Origin: Octopus bimaculoides
Taxonomy: Eukaryota
DNA length: 39,457 nt
Direction: 5' to 3'
Assembly (NCBI RefSeq): GCF_001194135.2
Contig: NC_068996.1
Coordinates: 46,927,296 to 46,966,752 of the forward strand
A program made the position numbers and the translations under genes. Positions within the stretch are counted from its first letter, which is position 1. Every line of letters starts with the position of its first letter. The notes under the pieces were generated by a model. The model saw only the letters and a list, made by a program, of their open reading frames with translations. It made no database searches and had not been told where the DNA came from. This document shows positions 1 through 12,789 of the stretch, piece after piece.

Positions 1-205
1 AAACAACATTAAAAACAGCAACAACAGTATAAAAACAATAACAGTGTTTTGAAAGATTCATTGATTAAATTTTTTGCAGGAAAAAAAAAAGGTAAGAAAA
101 AGGTAAAAAAAAAAAAAAGACTAATTTGCCTAAGGCAACACCTGTTCAAAAAGAAAAGGAAACAAAAAAGCTATTACTGAAATAAGAAATTAAAGCTTAG
201 CATGG

Positions 206-390
206 ATGTGTGTGTGTGTGTATGTAAGTGTGTGTCAGCATGATTTTGTGTGTGTATATGTGTATGTGTGTGTGTATAAATGTGTATGTGTGTGCGTGTG
301 TGTTTTCAAACGTTTTCAAATTAATGTTAACTCTCAAATTATTTCCTGTGTATATTTATTGCTTTTTAAGCTAATGTGTGTGTATGTGCG

Positions 391-432
<42 letters not shown>

Positions 433-760
433 ATGTGTGTATGTATGTATGTATATGTGATGCACGTATATGATGCATGTGTGTGTATAGGTTTGTTTTT
501 TAATAAGTTAGAACTTGAGTTAAATTATTTCTTAAATATATATTGTTTTTTTTAAAATTCAGCATGGATATATGTGCGTATGTTTGTGTGTGTCTATGTG
601 TTTATGTAGTGTGTGTGAATGAGTGTGTATGAATGTGTGTGTAAGTATGTAGTGCATGTGAGAGTGAGTGTATAAGTGCTTGTGTGTGTGTGCGCGTGTG
701 TAGTATAGTGTGTTTGTGTGTTGTGTGTGTGTGTGTGTGTATGTGTATGTGCCTTCTTTA
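206..760. repeat. Degenerate (TG)n/(TA)n microsatellite field
   Basis: Long interrupted TG/TA dinucleotide runs; ORFs here are CV/HT repeats. Confidence 0.9.
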
Positions 761-1099
761 GTAAGTTAGAGGTTAAGACAAATAACATCTCAAATCTATT
801 TATTGCTTTTTATTTGTGTCTTTGCATTTTTGTATCAATACCATTTCTGTTTCCATTTCCATTCCATTCAAAGTCTACTTATATAACAACAACAGCTAAA
901 TAGAAATGATGCACTGTTCTAGAGGAATGCTTAGACCCACATCCATAACTGTACCAACATGTTTTGCTGATTGGGGTGATGGTAAATTTCTTTCTGAATG
1001 AGACACCAACCAGTCTTATTGCATGGGGCAAGTCCTATACATGATCCATTAGCTTTTCATTGCAGTTTATCTTTCACTGGATTTTTCCTCAATTAGGAT

Positions 1100-1434
1100 T
1101 GTCATAGAGTAAGCAAAACAACAACATCAGCAAAATTATTGCATAGTAAAACTCTATACCACTCTTGGTAAAAAGTGGTAGGAACCAGCCATTATAAATA
1201 GTTGGTCATCGAGAGAAGGTCGAGAGTCAAAGAGTTGAGAGTTGACAGTTCTAGTTGGTATCTAGTGGAGCTATCAGCGATAGTAAGACAGATGCTAGTG
1301 TATTACTATTACGGTACAAAGAGATACAATGGTATCTGATGACTAGCAACTGTTGTGGCTACTAGCGTAAAACAGCAACTACTGTACAATGGCAGTTACA
1401 CATCACACCATTGGGAGGAACCCACTTTACAACA
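1100..1434 (+). mobile_element. Possible solo LTR
   Basis: Starts TGTCATAG, ends TTACAACA (TG..CA); internal TATAAATA near 1194 followed by a GA-rich stretch. Flanks AGGAT/AAAAT match only 3/5, so no clean TSD. Confidence 0.35.
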
Positions 1435-2218
1435 AAAATCAATGACAACAACAACAACATTGGCAAATTTCCTTGTATCTGGCCCATTTGTCTATCCAAA
1501 TGGCAAGACCTAGACTGACATTTATTAACCACACCCTTCTAAAGATGGGCCTTTGTGCCTGAAATATATAAAGATTTGCCAACTTACTTTTCTGCATTGT
1601 TTAGAAACTCTTCTTTCTTTTTTTTTAGTTTATTTTCTCAAGAAGACCCATACTCCACAGCAGAAGTTTTAAGACTGATCCTTCTGGTGGTGTAAATCAC
1701 TCGTGGTGGTGCTATGTAAAAGTGCCTGTGTGGTGCCACATAAAAGCATAAAAGCATCCATGTGGCATCTTCAACACTGCCTTGGAACTTTCCATCCCCC
1801 CCCCCCCCCCGGGGATGGGGCACAATACTGCCCAGTATGAGAACCAGTGTTCTAGTTTGACTTAAATCGCATCTCTGCTTAACCAATCAATGCTTGTTGT
1901 ATTTTTCATCGCTCAACAACCTGAAATACTGGGGTTGTTTTGAAATCCCTATTTCGTTGACTTTGAAAGTACGAAATACAAAGAAAACCTGAGTGACATT
2001 TGAACTTAAATGTAAAGACAAACGAAATGCTTACCAAGCGTTTTGTCTGGTCTACTAAAAATCCTGCCAGCTTGTCACCCTTAAACGGGAACCAAAACAA
2101 TATAAGATTTTTTTTTGTTACAAAGCAAAAGTTTTAACAGCATTTCTTCTGTCTCTTTATGTTCTGAGTTCAAATCCTGCCGGAGTCAATTTTGTCATTT
2201 TTTATATATTTTTGAGGT

Positions 2219-2595
2219 CTTTTATCTTTTATTTTGTTTCAGTCATTTGAGTGCAGCCATGTTTGGGCACTGCCTTGAAGGATTTTGGTTGAACAAATCA
2301 ATGTTAGGACTTATTTTTATAGGCTAGTACTTATTCTATTGGGCTCTTTTGTTGAATCGCTAAGCTATGGGGGACATAAACACACCAACACCAGTTGTCA
2401 AATGGTGGTGATGGTGGACAAACACACACACACACACACATGAGAAACCTCTTTCAGTTTCCGTCTACCAAATCCATTTACAAGGCTTTGTTCAGCCCGA
2501 AGCAATAGTAGAAGGCACTTGCCCAAGGTGCCATGCAGTGAGACTGAACCCAGACCCATTTGATTGGAAAGCAGGCTTCTCACCACACAGCTATG
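2219..2595 (-). mobile_element. tRNA-derived SINE, family A (internal microsatellite, GACTGAAACAAGTAAAAGA-type tail)
   Basis: Reverse complement of the head (GTGTGGT..GGTTCAGTC), body and tail that recur more than 12 times in the window. Confidence 0.85.
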
Positions 2596-2811
2596 TCTAA
2601 AAGTATCAGTTAAGTACTGGAGGTGGGTGGAATCAGTGTAATTGATTCTTTTTTTTTTTGTGTCCACTCTCTTCAAAATTGCTGACCTTGACCCCCTGCA
2701 ATTCACTGGCATTCAATTTAGGGGAAATGTAGAGATCTCAGTCACTTATACGCCATGGAAATCAGGCAAGCAGCCTTTGGAGTTTTAGTACTCAAGAAAA
2801 AAGTAGGTATC

Positions 2812-3055
2812 TGGATGGCTGGATGGACAAACAAACAGCTGGCTAAATGGACAGATGGATGAATGGATGGACATACAGACATGGGATGGAATGACTGGAT
2901 GCATGGGCAAACCAATGGACAAGTAGATGGATGGACAGATGAGCAGACAAATGAATGAGTGGGTTGGTGGACAGGCAGATGGCTGGATGGACGGATAGAT
3001 GGATGGATGGACGAGTGATCAAGTGAGTGGGTGGACAGATGGATGGACCGATCAA
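2812..3055. repeat. Degenerate (TGGA)n tetranucleotide repeat
   Basis: GGAT/GGAC/AGAT periodic tract. Confidence 0.85.
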
Positions 3056-3529
3056 TTGATTGATTTAGTTTATCTTAAACTCAAATGACTCTTCTGATAT
3101 ATCAGTAACAATGATGAAAATATAATTTACTTCTTCCTGTTGTTTTATGCAACTTGTAGTATTGATTTTATTGTTCTTCTTATTGTAAATGGATGCAGTT
3201 GATTAAAAGTTGACATTGCAACCATATGATCCAGAGTTCACCCATACTTAGTAGCAACTTGGCAAAGTACCTTCTTTACAGCTTTGGTTGATGAATACTG
3301 CATGGGGAAACTGTACTGAAGCTCATCATATAAAAGAACTCATTGGATAATGTAGTCTTAGATGTGTTTGAAAAACAAATTGGATGGTCATGACTGGAGC
3401 TCCTTTGGTCATATGTCTGCTTGATTAGAGTTGAACAACAAACTTTTTAACAGATATGATGAAGCAGTGTATCAGAGATCAGGATGTAGAAATATGAAGA
3501 AAAATTTAAAAAGCACCTATACTAATACT

Positions 3530-3861
3530 CCATAAAAACATCCATGCTGATGCCACGTAAAAGCAGCCATGCCAGTTCCACATTTTAAAAGAACCCAGTA
3601 CACTTTGTAAAGTAGTTGGCATTAGGAAGGGCATTTTGTCAAAGAGACCATGCCAAAACGGACAATTGGAGCCTGGTGCAGTCCTCTGGTTTGTCAGTTC
3701 CTGTAAAACCATTCAACCCATGCCAGCATGGAAAATAGATGTTAAATGATGATGATGACGACGACGATGATGATGACGACGATGATGATGATGAGGACGA
3801 CGATGATGATGACGACGACGATGATGATGACGACGACGATGATGATGACGACGATGATGAT
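3530..3861 (+). mobile_element. 5'-truncated RTE-type 3' UTR repeat with (GAT/GAC)n tail
   Basis: GTTGGCATTAGGAAGGGCA...CAACCCATGCCAGCATGGAAAA..GTTAAA(TGA)n; same family at 11864-12100, 29659-30320 and 36912-37012. Confidence 0.8.
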
Positions 3862-3862
3862 T

Positions 3863-4089
3863 TTAACCATTTTGTTACTATATTTCTATTAAAATAGATT
3901 GTCCTCATTTTGTTTAATTTTGAAAATAATGAAGAATTTAGTAAAATTATTTTATCATTATTAAGATGGTGTTTGGAATGTAAATTAACATGAAACTTTG
4001 ATGTCAGATTTTAATGTAGATCACGTTAAAACAGGATGTTTGCTTCATAGAATCAGAGGTAGTCTCAGGTGTGTTGATATGATGGATAA
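3863..4089 (+). mobile_element. Diverged piggyBac-like MITE
   Basis: Starts TTAACCATTTTGTTAC and aligns by eye along its length with the 22455 and 22704 copies; right end degenerate. Confidence 0.6.
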
Positions 4090-4295
4090 CTCATAATAAT
4101 ACATATCGTTATTTCAAAATATAATATTCTAAGTGATTGAATAGACTCTGACATGCAACTGTTTTAGTGTTAACACACAAACTCAGATTATATTTCATGT
4201 CTGGCAATTTCAACAAAGGATTTTTGAAATATAAAGTCTTGATATTTTATATACATGCTGCAGATGAATAAAACCTCTCATCCAAACTCTCACTA

Positions 4296-4332
<37 letters not shown>

Positions 4333-4802
4333 AAAGAAAAGAGAGAAAAAGTTCCAAAAGTTATAAATATAGAAAGTCAACATTGAATCAAAAGACGTTT
4401 TTATATTCAAAGAAATGAAATATCTTTAAAATGTTAAAATATTGTATTGTTTTTACTGTTTCAAGAATGCTGAAATAATATTTTCAACATTTTCCACAAA
4501 AAGACTGGTTTGCATAAAGGCATTGATTGTAATTGATCTTAGCTTAGAAGATTATCAAACCATGTGACCCAGGATTCAAATTGCTACATTCATAGCTTTG
4601 TGTACTTGGGTAACATTGGTAGCAATGGTCATCTCAGTCAGGCAAGTTAACAACAGGTTTCTTGCCTCCTTCATAAGTGAATAACGGTTTGCTTGTTGTA
4701 ATGTCTGCCAGCAACTAGCTGGTCTTTGGGTGTTTTTAACGGAACTTTCTCTATCGTAAAACATTTGGGACAAGTCTCTAGTCTAAGGGTAACATTCTTT
4801 CT

Positions 4803-4904
4803 TTGTTTATTATGTTCCTTCAGAGACCAAATTAATTTACTAATAAACACAATAATTCTGAGCTTAGTAAATTAATTTGGTCTCTGAAGGAACATAATAA
4901 ACAA
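4803..4904. repeat. Perfect 41-bp inverted repeat with 20-nt spacer
   Basis: 4803-4843 is the exact reverse complement of 4864-4904. Confidence 0.95.
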
Positions 4905-5643
4905 TTTGATTTGGAAGGGAATATTCTATCTAGGTCCTTTCCATATGATAAAGGTAAATCTTCTTGTCTGCTTTTTAACAAAGAACTCTATCTCATCCTG
5001 TTCTCAGAGAATTCTCTTGTAAACACGTTTAAAAAATGCGTTTATCGTTGCAAACATTGGCAAAAACATACCTTTAGTTCCTATAAGTAATTTGTACGAA
5101 TCTATAAAATTCAACCTTTAACTGTTTTCTTACATTTCATTTCCACTAAATATATCTATTTCCATGGCTTTAAGCTTTATTCCCATTCATCTGTTGCGCT
5201 ACATTTCTCCACTCTTGGTTTTCTGCTAATTTCTTTCTTTCTCCTCCTTCTCTTTCTCTAAATTGCATTTGACATTAAATCTATTAACGTTTCTTTTTTT
5301 CTAAAAAAAATAACTTGCCAGCATTCCCTTCATCATATACGCAGTCATCACATTCGGTTAAAATTGCTTACTGATGAGTATTCTTTCTCTTTTTTACCCT
5401 TATGAGAAGATGGCATTATGAAAATCTTTTTATATATGCACATGGAATATTTTGGAATTTATTATCTGGTCACAGTATAGAAAAGATTTAAAGAATGTGT
5501 TGGAGTAGATACTAAATGGTTAAAAAGTAAAAGTAAAATTGAAGATGAGAGGGAATTTACTTACGTTATCAATTGCTAAATGTATATAATCATCTATAGA
5601 GCAGTATAAAAAAGTTATCTTTAATTAATATAAAAAAAAGAAT

Positions 5644-5931
5644 TCTTTTATTCTTTTATTCTTTTATTTGTTTCTGTCATTTGACTGTGGCCATGCTGGA
5701 GCACCGCCTTTAGTCGAGCAAATCGACCCCAGAACTTATTCTTTGTAAGCCTAGTACTTATTCTATCGGTCTCTTTTGCCGAACTGCTAAAGTTACAGGG
5801 ATGTGAACACACCAACATCATTTGTCAAGCGATGGTGGGGGACAAACACAGACACACAAACACACACACACATATATATACGATGGGCTTCTTTCAGTTT
5901 CCGTCTACCAAATCTACTCACAAGGCTTTGG
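5644..5931 (-). mobile_element. SINE family A, 5'-truncated
   Basis: Tail, body and internal (CA/TA)n in reverse orientation; CpG-rich, close to the other copies. Confidence 0.85.
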
Positions 5932-6270
5932 TTTTCTCATGAGGAATTCCGGAAGGAGCTTCGTGAGACACTACTGAGATGCTTCCAGAAAACAAATTTC
6001 AGTAACTGTTGGAAAACCGATTATAGCAGTGACTCGATCAATTCCTCAGCGATATGTGAAGAAGGAATTTTTGTATTCTGAAATATTGTTATATCAGACT
6101 ATGGATAATTAATTATAACAGCTGTTATAGTCCACTCTGCATTGTTGTGCCATTCAAAATATGTTATATTTTCTAAAATAAAATAAATGAAGGGAAGAGG
6201 GAAGAGGAAAGAACAGGGCCTCGAGATGAGGCCAGAAGTTCAATATATATATATATATATATGTATGTTG

Positions 6271-6510
6271 AGGGTGGCGAGCTGGCAGAATCGTTAGCAG
6301 GCCAGGTGAAATGCTTAGCAGTATTTTGTCTGCTGTTACGTTCTGAGTTCAAATTCCACTGAGGTTAACTTTGCCTTTTATCCTTTCAGAGTTGATTAAA
6401 TAAGTACCAGTTATGCACTGGGATTGATGCAATCGACTTAATCCCTTTCTCTATCCTTGCGCTTGTCCCCTCTATGTTTAGCCCCCGGTGAGCAATAAAT
6501 AAATAAATAA

Positions 6511-6516
<6 letters not shown>
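6271..6516 (+). mobile_element. tRNA-derived SINE, family B
   Basis: GGTGGCGAGCTGGCAGAATCGTTAGC head, B-box-like GAGTTCAAATTC, central GACTTTGCCTTTCATCCTTTC..GATAAA..AGTACCAG-type motif, (AAAT)n tail. Confidence 0.85.
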
Positions 6517-6542
<26 letters not shown>

Positions 6543-6754
6543 CAACAATTAAGGCAGTTCCCCAGCATGGTCGTAGTTTAATAACAGAAACAAGTAAGAG
6601 ATAAAAGATAAACAACAAAATAATATTTACCCCAGCTGGATTTGAACTCAGTGTGTAGTAAAAAAGCTTGAACAGTCCTGCAAGGTATTTTTTTCCCCTT
6701 TCAGCTGTTCTAATGAGTCAGCCAGTTTGTTGCCTTTTTGATTGCTTCTGATTA

Positions 6755-6940
6755 GACACAAGCTCAGCAATGTTGATGCGGGGGAGTTAATGTGGCTGGT
6801 GTATTTTACTTTATCAAACTCCCCCAAAAAATGAAAGACATGATTGACTCTGATGAGATTTGAACTCAGAACATAAAGAGTCGAAAGGAATATCACAAAG
6901 AATTTTCTCCAACATTCTAACCATTCTGTCAGTTCATCAC
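6755..6940 (-). mobile_element. SINE family B, decayed
   Basis: ATTTGAACTCAGAAC and ATGAAAG motifs in reverse orientation. Confidence 0.6.
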
Positions 6941-6963
6941 TATGATGATGACATTGACAGTGA

Positions 6964-6996
<33 letters not shown>

Positions 6997-7110
6997 TGAA
7001 GGAGGAGCAGGAGGAAAATAGAATGATACTAGTGATGGTAGTGTTGATTATGGTGAGAAAGAGGAGGAAGAGAAAGAAGAAGAGGATGATGATGATGATA
7101 ATGATGAACA
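6940..7110. repeat. (GAT)n/(GAG)n low-complexity tract
   Basis: Trinucleotide runs; no splice context seen. Confidence 0.85.
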
Positions 7111-7675
7111 TTATACAGACAGACCATCAGATAACATCTAATTAAGACTGACATCATTTTCCATGACAAAAAGAACAATTCTGCACTGACAATCAAAATG
7201 GCAATACAAAATGATTACAATGTCATGCTGACAAGTTAAATTACAATGACTTAGCAATTGAATTGAAAGTGATATAGCAGTTAAGAAATGTCTATCATTC
7301 AATTTGTAATTAGTATAACTGGAATGATAAGCAATTATGTCTGTGAAGATAGTGACAGACATGGACAAATTACTAATTTATATATCAAATAGCTACTAAA
7401 ATGGCATGATTTATGCAAATCAGTGTATGCCATATTGCTTTTATGTCCACTTATAAGGGTGGCTATGAATATAATGTTATAATCACTAATAAGCATGGCT
7501 ATTAATACAATGTTATTGTGGACAATTAAGGAAGCGTAATTGGTTGCTGAAGAAATTATAACGTTGATTGAAACTAGTCCAGTCAATCTGTCTTTTTTCT
7601 GTTCATTTAAGATTATTTAAGATCAATGACTGTCTTTTATACTGTCCAATGGATTTAATTAATTTCTGTCAATTT

Positions 7676-7676
7676 A

Positions 7677-7711
<35 letters not shown>

Positions 7712-7755
7712 TCTCCTCCTCCTCCTCCTCCTCCTCCTCATCATCATCATCATTG
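7676..7755. repeat. Compound trinucleotide microsatellite (TAC)(TGC)(TCC)(TCA)
   Basis: Four adjacent triplet runs in one phase. Confidence 0.9.
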
Positions 7756-8139
7756 CTGCAACTGCCACAGTAGTGGTGGTGCTGATGTTACTATCAAATG
7801 AAATGCTTTGCTGGTATTTTTCCCTCCTTTACATTCAGAGTTCAAACCTTGCTGAGGTCAATCTTTACTTTTCCTCTTTTGGGACTTAATAAAATAAAAG
7901 TACTGGGGAAAGGATCTCTAGTCTGCTAGCCCCCCCAGCTCTTCCTCAAAAATTGTTGGCTTTGTGGCAAAATTATCATCATCATCATTACCATCACTGA
8001 CTGGTTGATAAGATAAAGTACCAGGTAAATGATGGGATTAATGGTAATAAGCAGTTCTCTTCCCACAAGTTTACAGGCCTTGCAGCTAAATTAGAAACCA
8101 TCACCAAGTGAGAGAACAGTGCATGCCATCAAAGTGCCA

Positions 8140-8560
8140 TCAAAGGGTACAAATATACAAAGCCCATTATACCCATCATGACTACCCGTCTGATAAAAGT
8201 ACACCAGGCACATGCATCATAATCATATGCGCATGACATGGCGATCTCATATCAAGATAAACAGCACATGACCTCGAATTTTCTTCAGGTCGAGTAGTCC
8301 ATTCCGCTCAAAAGGTACCTGAATAAGGTTTGTTTAAGGATGTTGAGCAAAACACCCATGTTTCCAAGGGTGAATTATTCAAATCCCAAAGAATTCCTCT
8401 CAATATATGGCTATGATGCTCCCCAACTACTTCTGCTCATGATCAGAGATGCACATATCGTCAGCCACCAAGGGACATGCTCAACTGGTTAAGGTCAAAC
8501 GACTGACAAGCAAATCTGTGGTATTAAGCAGAATATTTGCTGTAGCCCATCTTTTATACC
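8140..8560. mobile_element. Unclassified interspersed repeat (probable retroposon fragment)
   Basis: Non-coding, higher-GC block between SINEs; resembles an abundant octopus repeat from memory only; single copy here. Confidence 0.35.
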
Positions 8561-8600
8561 AAGTATTATTATTATTATCATTATTATTATTATTATTATT

Positions 8601-8837
8601 AAGGCAGCGAGCTAGCATAATCATTAGCACACCGGCCGAAATGCTTCACAGTATTTCATCTGCTGCTACGTTCAGAGTTCAAATTCCACTGAGGTCATCT
8701 TCGCCTTTCAACCTTTTGGGGTCAATAAATTAAGTACCAGTGAAACACTGGGGTTGATATAATCGACTCATCCCCTCCCCCAAAATAGCTGCCCATGTGG
8801 TAAAATTTGAAACCATTATTATTATTATTATTATTAT
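8601..8837 (+). mobile_element. SINE family B between (ATT)n tracts
   Basis: AAGGCAGCGAGCTAGCATAA head, GAGTTCAAATTC, central motif, AAATTTGAAACC(ATT)n tail. Confidence 0.85.
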
Positions 8838-8968
8838 ATGTTTAGCTTTTGCTTTGTATTTGTACAAGTTAACACCAAGTCTCATCAGATTCTTCATTCA
8901 ATTCTTTTTCTTCCAATTCTTCTTCCAATTCTTGTTGTTGTTNNNNNNNNNNNNNNNNNNNNNNNNNN

Positions 8969-9042
<74 letters not shown>

Positions 9043-9649
9043 TACTACACTGAAGTATACACTGTGAATTTGATGAAGGATAATTTTTTTTGTTTTATTT
9101 TGCAAACAAGAGACTTTGACATGTCTGGATGTTTACCTCAATACGTATATACAAGAGAATATGCTATTCTTTTTATGCAGACACTTATATTATCCTTTTA
9201 AAAAACAATGTTGTTTACTAAGTCATTCTAGACAGTGTTTTTTTTTTCTTTTTCCTGGGAAATCTGTAGATATGCCCCCAAGAATTGTAATAAAGATTTT
9301 GAAAGCAATAACACAGAGTTTGATAAAGTCACACACACACAAACAAAAGACAAACAACAAAAAAGAGATATAGAAAATACAGAGATACAATAAACATTTA
9401 TACTTTAATAAATGAAAATATAATGATATTTCTAATAATATTAATTGCAATAACAATAGTTTTGGATAACATTGTTAATCAGAAGGAAGCAATCAATATA
9501 GTTTGGCCCCTGGATAAGAGAAAAACATGGGAGGAATGGGAAAAGTATGTCACGAGGGAGACTCAACATTCCTAATGAGTATATCAAAGGATGCATGACA
9601 AAGAGAGTAACATACTTCTGTTTCCCAAAAACGGAAGGAGTTTCTTATA

Positions 9650-9887
9650 TCTTTAATTCTTATACTTGTTTCAGTTGTTAGACTGAGCCCATACTGGGGC
9701 ACTGCCTTGAAGAATTTTTAAACGAATGAATTGACTCCCACTCCATATTTTTTTAAAACCTGGTACTTATTCTATTTATATCTTTTTGCCAAATTGCTAA
9801 GTCACAGGGACACATACCCACCAGCAGCAGTTGTCAAATGGTGGCAATGTCAGCAGCAGGTGGAGGGGGGGCAGACACACAGAGATA

Positions 9888-9936
<49 letters not shown>

Positions 9937-10064
9937 CTGTCTGTCTCTGTCTCTCTCTCTCTATATATAATGGGCTTCTTTTGGCTTCCTTCTACCAAAT
10001 CCACTCCTAAGGCTTTGGTCAGTCTGAGGATATAGTAAGAGACACTTGCCCAAGGTGCCATGCA

Positions 10065-10107
<43 letters not shown>

Positions 10108-10205
10108 CGATGGGCTTCGTTCAGTTTCTGTCTACCAAATCCACTCACAAGGCTTTGGTCAGCCAGAGGCTATAGTAAAAGACACTTGCCCAAAGTGCCA
10201 TCCAG
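9650..10205 (-). mobile_element. SINE family A copy plus a second partial head
   Basis: Tail at 9650, internal (ATCT)n, head to ~10065; head segment repeated at 10107-10205 after (TA)n. Confidence 0.8.
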
Positions 10206-10570
10206 AAAGACACAGTTGGAAGAAATCATGGCTAGCGTGATGTAGCATGATGTATGTTTCTTCAACAAGAATGGAATGCATAGAAGAATGTTTCTGGTTT
10301 TTAATGTCAAGGATGAGATAAAGCAACAGATGGTGTGTGTTACACACATGTTAACAGGCTGGTTTCACAGTATAATGGTGGTTTCTTTGTTTCTGGTGAT
10401 GTCAACCTGTGATGGACTTCAACTTCAGATCTTGCTTTAGGATTACCTGGAGTTCTATAGGAATGAGAAAACCTTTTGTTAGCCTGATGTATTTGTATTA
10501 ACAGAGAGCTTAAGTAGGATTTTGCCAAAATCAATAATCCTTTATATAAATATATATATANNNNNNNNNN

Positions 10571-10685
10571 AAGCTTTGGTCGACCCAAGGCTATAGTAGA
10601 AGACACTTGCCCAAGGTTCCACACAGTGGGACTGAACCCAGAACCATGTACTTGGTAAGCAAGCTACTTACCACACAACCACTAT
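10571..10685 (-). mobile_element. SINE family A head
   Basis: Reverse of GTGTGGTAAGTAGCTTGCTTACC..GGTTCAGTCCC; head-to-head with the next copy. Confidence 0.85.
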
Positions 10686-10693
10686 ATATAGGT

Positions 10694-11099
10694 GCAGGAG
10701 TGGCTGTGCGGTAAGAAGCATAGGCATAAGAGTGGCTATGTGGTAAGATGCTTGCTTCCCGACCACATGGTTCCAGGTTCAGTCCCACTACGTGGTACTT
10801 TGGATGGGTGTCTTTTACTATAGCCTCAGGCTGAGCATAGCCGTGTGAGTAGAGAAGCCTGTCGTATAGATATATATATATATGTATGTATGTATTTGAT
10901 GTCTGTATTTGTCCCCCCACCTTCATTTGACAACCGATTTTGGTGTGTTTATGTCCCCGAAACAGTAGTGGTTTGGCAAAAGATACTGATAAAATAAGTA
11001 CTAGGCATACAAAGAGTAAGTCCTGGGGTTGATTTGTTCGACTAAAGGTTGTGGTCCAGCATGACTATGGTCAAATGACTGAAACAATTAAAAGGAAAA

Positions 11100-11100
<1 letters not shown>
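10694..11100 (+). mobile_element. SINE family A, full length, with duplicated A-box segment
   Basis: GCAGGAGTGGCTGTGCGGTAAG then GAGTGGCTATGTGGTAAG; body; TGACTGAAACAATTAAAAG tail. Confidence 0.85.
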
Positions 11101-11190
<90 letters not shown>

Positions 11191-11261
11191 TATCTATCTG
11201 TCTGTCTATCTGTGCAGGTGTATATATATGTGTGTTTTGTATAATTATATATATATATATA

Positions 11262-11425
11262 TGGGGTTCTTTTAGTTTCCATCTATCAAATCCACTCACA
11301 AGGCTTTGGTAAGCACAAGTCTGTAGTGGAAGGCAGTTGCCCAAAGTGTCAGTGTCATGCAGTGGGACTGAACCCTAAATCATATAACCACATGCTTGGG
11401 AAGCAGAGTTCCTACCACACAGCTA
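11262..11425 (-). mobile_element. SINE family A head half
   Basis: Reverse head and body up to the internal TA microsatellite. Confidence 0.75.
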
Positions 11426-11863
11426 TACCTGCACCAGACAAAAAATTATGAATATTAAATAGTTTTTTTTCAGGTTGCAATTATGTGGGCGGAGTATACA
11501 CTGTGTGGGCTGCGTTATATCATTGGGTGATGATTGTATTGAATATGAGTTGTGAAATTTAATGGAGATATGCATTATTATCATCATTATTATTATTATT
11601 ATTATTATCATTATTTTGTAAAATCCAATTTATCAGTTAATTACGTGATATAGAAAATGTCACATAAAGGTTGAACTTGTTTATTTGTAAGAATCAGCTA
11701 TGTGAACTGGAACACACTGACTGTGAAAATATCTTTTAAGAATTTATATTTTTGATATTGTTTTAATCAAAGTGAAAGTCGTTGGGTGATTGTTTGATTG
11801 CTTTTTTTTTTTCTGCTTTCTTCTTTCTTTTTTTGCATTGTGTGGATAAGAAACTTGTTTGCA

Positions 11864-12100
11864 TCATCACCACCATCATCATCATCATCATCATCATCAT
11901 TTAATGTCTCTTTTCCATGCTGGTATGGGTTGGATGGTTTGACCACAGCAGGCAAGCTGAAGCTGCACCAGATTCCAGTCTGATTTGGCTTGGTTTCTAT
12001 GGCTGGATGCTCTTCCTGATGCCAACCACTTTATAGAATGTACTTACTGAGTGCTTTTTACATGGCACCAGCATGAGTACTTTTATGTGGCATTGGCACT
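11864..12100 (-). mobile_element. RTE-type 3' UTR repeat with (GAT)n tail
   Basis: (CAT)n-TTTAATGTC..TTTCCATGCTGG..CTGGATGCTCTTCCTGATGCCAACCACTTT. Confidence 0.85.
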
Positions 12101-12184
12101 ATATATGTATCTGTCTGTTAAGTATTTTTTCCAGTACGATAATGGTTCTGCCAGCTTACTGCTGTAATAAAAACAATAATGGTT

Positions 12185-12610
12185 TCACGTTTTTGGCACA
12201 AGGCCAGCAGGTTTTGTGGGAGGAGCTAAGTTGATTACATCGAACCCCTAGCATTCAACTGGTACTTATTTTACCGACCCCGAAAGGCTAAGCAGCAAAA
12301 CTAACCTCAGTGGAATTTGAACTCAAAACATGAGGACAGATAAAATGCCACCAAGCATTTTGTCCAGTATGCTAATGATTCTGTCAGCTCACTGGCTTAG
12401 TAATAGGATTTGCTTCAAATTTTGGCACAAGGCCCGCAATTTCGGGGGAGGGGCTAAGTCAATAAGTTATCAACCCCAGTGCTTAACTGGTACTTATTTT
12501 ATCTTGAAAGGATAAAAGGCAAAGCCGACAGTTGCGACAATTGAATTCAGAATGTAAAGGTGGGAGAAATGCTGCTAAACATTTTGTCTGGCATGGTAAT
12601 GATTCTTTGA
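12185..12610 (-). mobile_element. Two adjacent SINE family B copies
   Basis: Two reverse units (about 12185-12395 and 12415-12610), each TTTTGGCACAAGGCC..ACTGGTACTTATTTT..GAAAGG..TTTGAA. Confidence 0.75.
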
Positions 12611-12789
12611 ACAGTGTTTCCTCTCCTGAATGTCAGCTTTCAAGAATTCTTGTTCTGCACATGATTTTCTGGCAGTCATTGAATTGGTCATCAGAAATGT
12701 TAACAATGTAATATCTTATTTTATCTCAGAGGGCCTGCAAAAGCAAAAGGCACTACCATCTCCTCTAAATGAAACCAGTAAAAGACAAA

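Noticed and set aside
1330-1380. CTGATGA with a short TAGC/GCTA stem as a hammerhead
   Set aside because: GTAAAA replaces GAAA, and there is no NUH triplet or stem I.
4576-4782. Minus-strand open frame TRDLSQMFYDRE..NVAI as a host exon
   Set aside because: The acceptor has a purine-rich upstream tract, no clear donor is seen, and I recognise no homology.
6846-6890. CTGATGAGATTTGAACTCAGAAC as a hammerhead
   Set aside because: It is the reverse B-box region of a decayed SINE, with no GAAA. Similar isolated CTGANGA hits near 5371, 20890 and 36213 also lack the rest of the core.
7140-7660. AT-rich block with recurring CAATG/ATTAC words
   Set aside because: No stable period or ORF; probably a decayed trinucleotide repeat.
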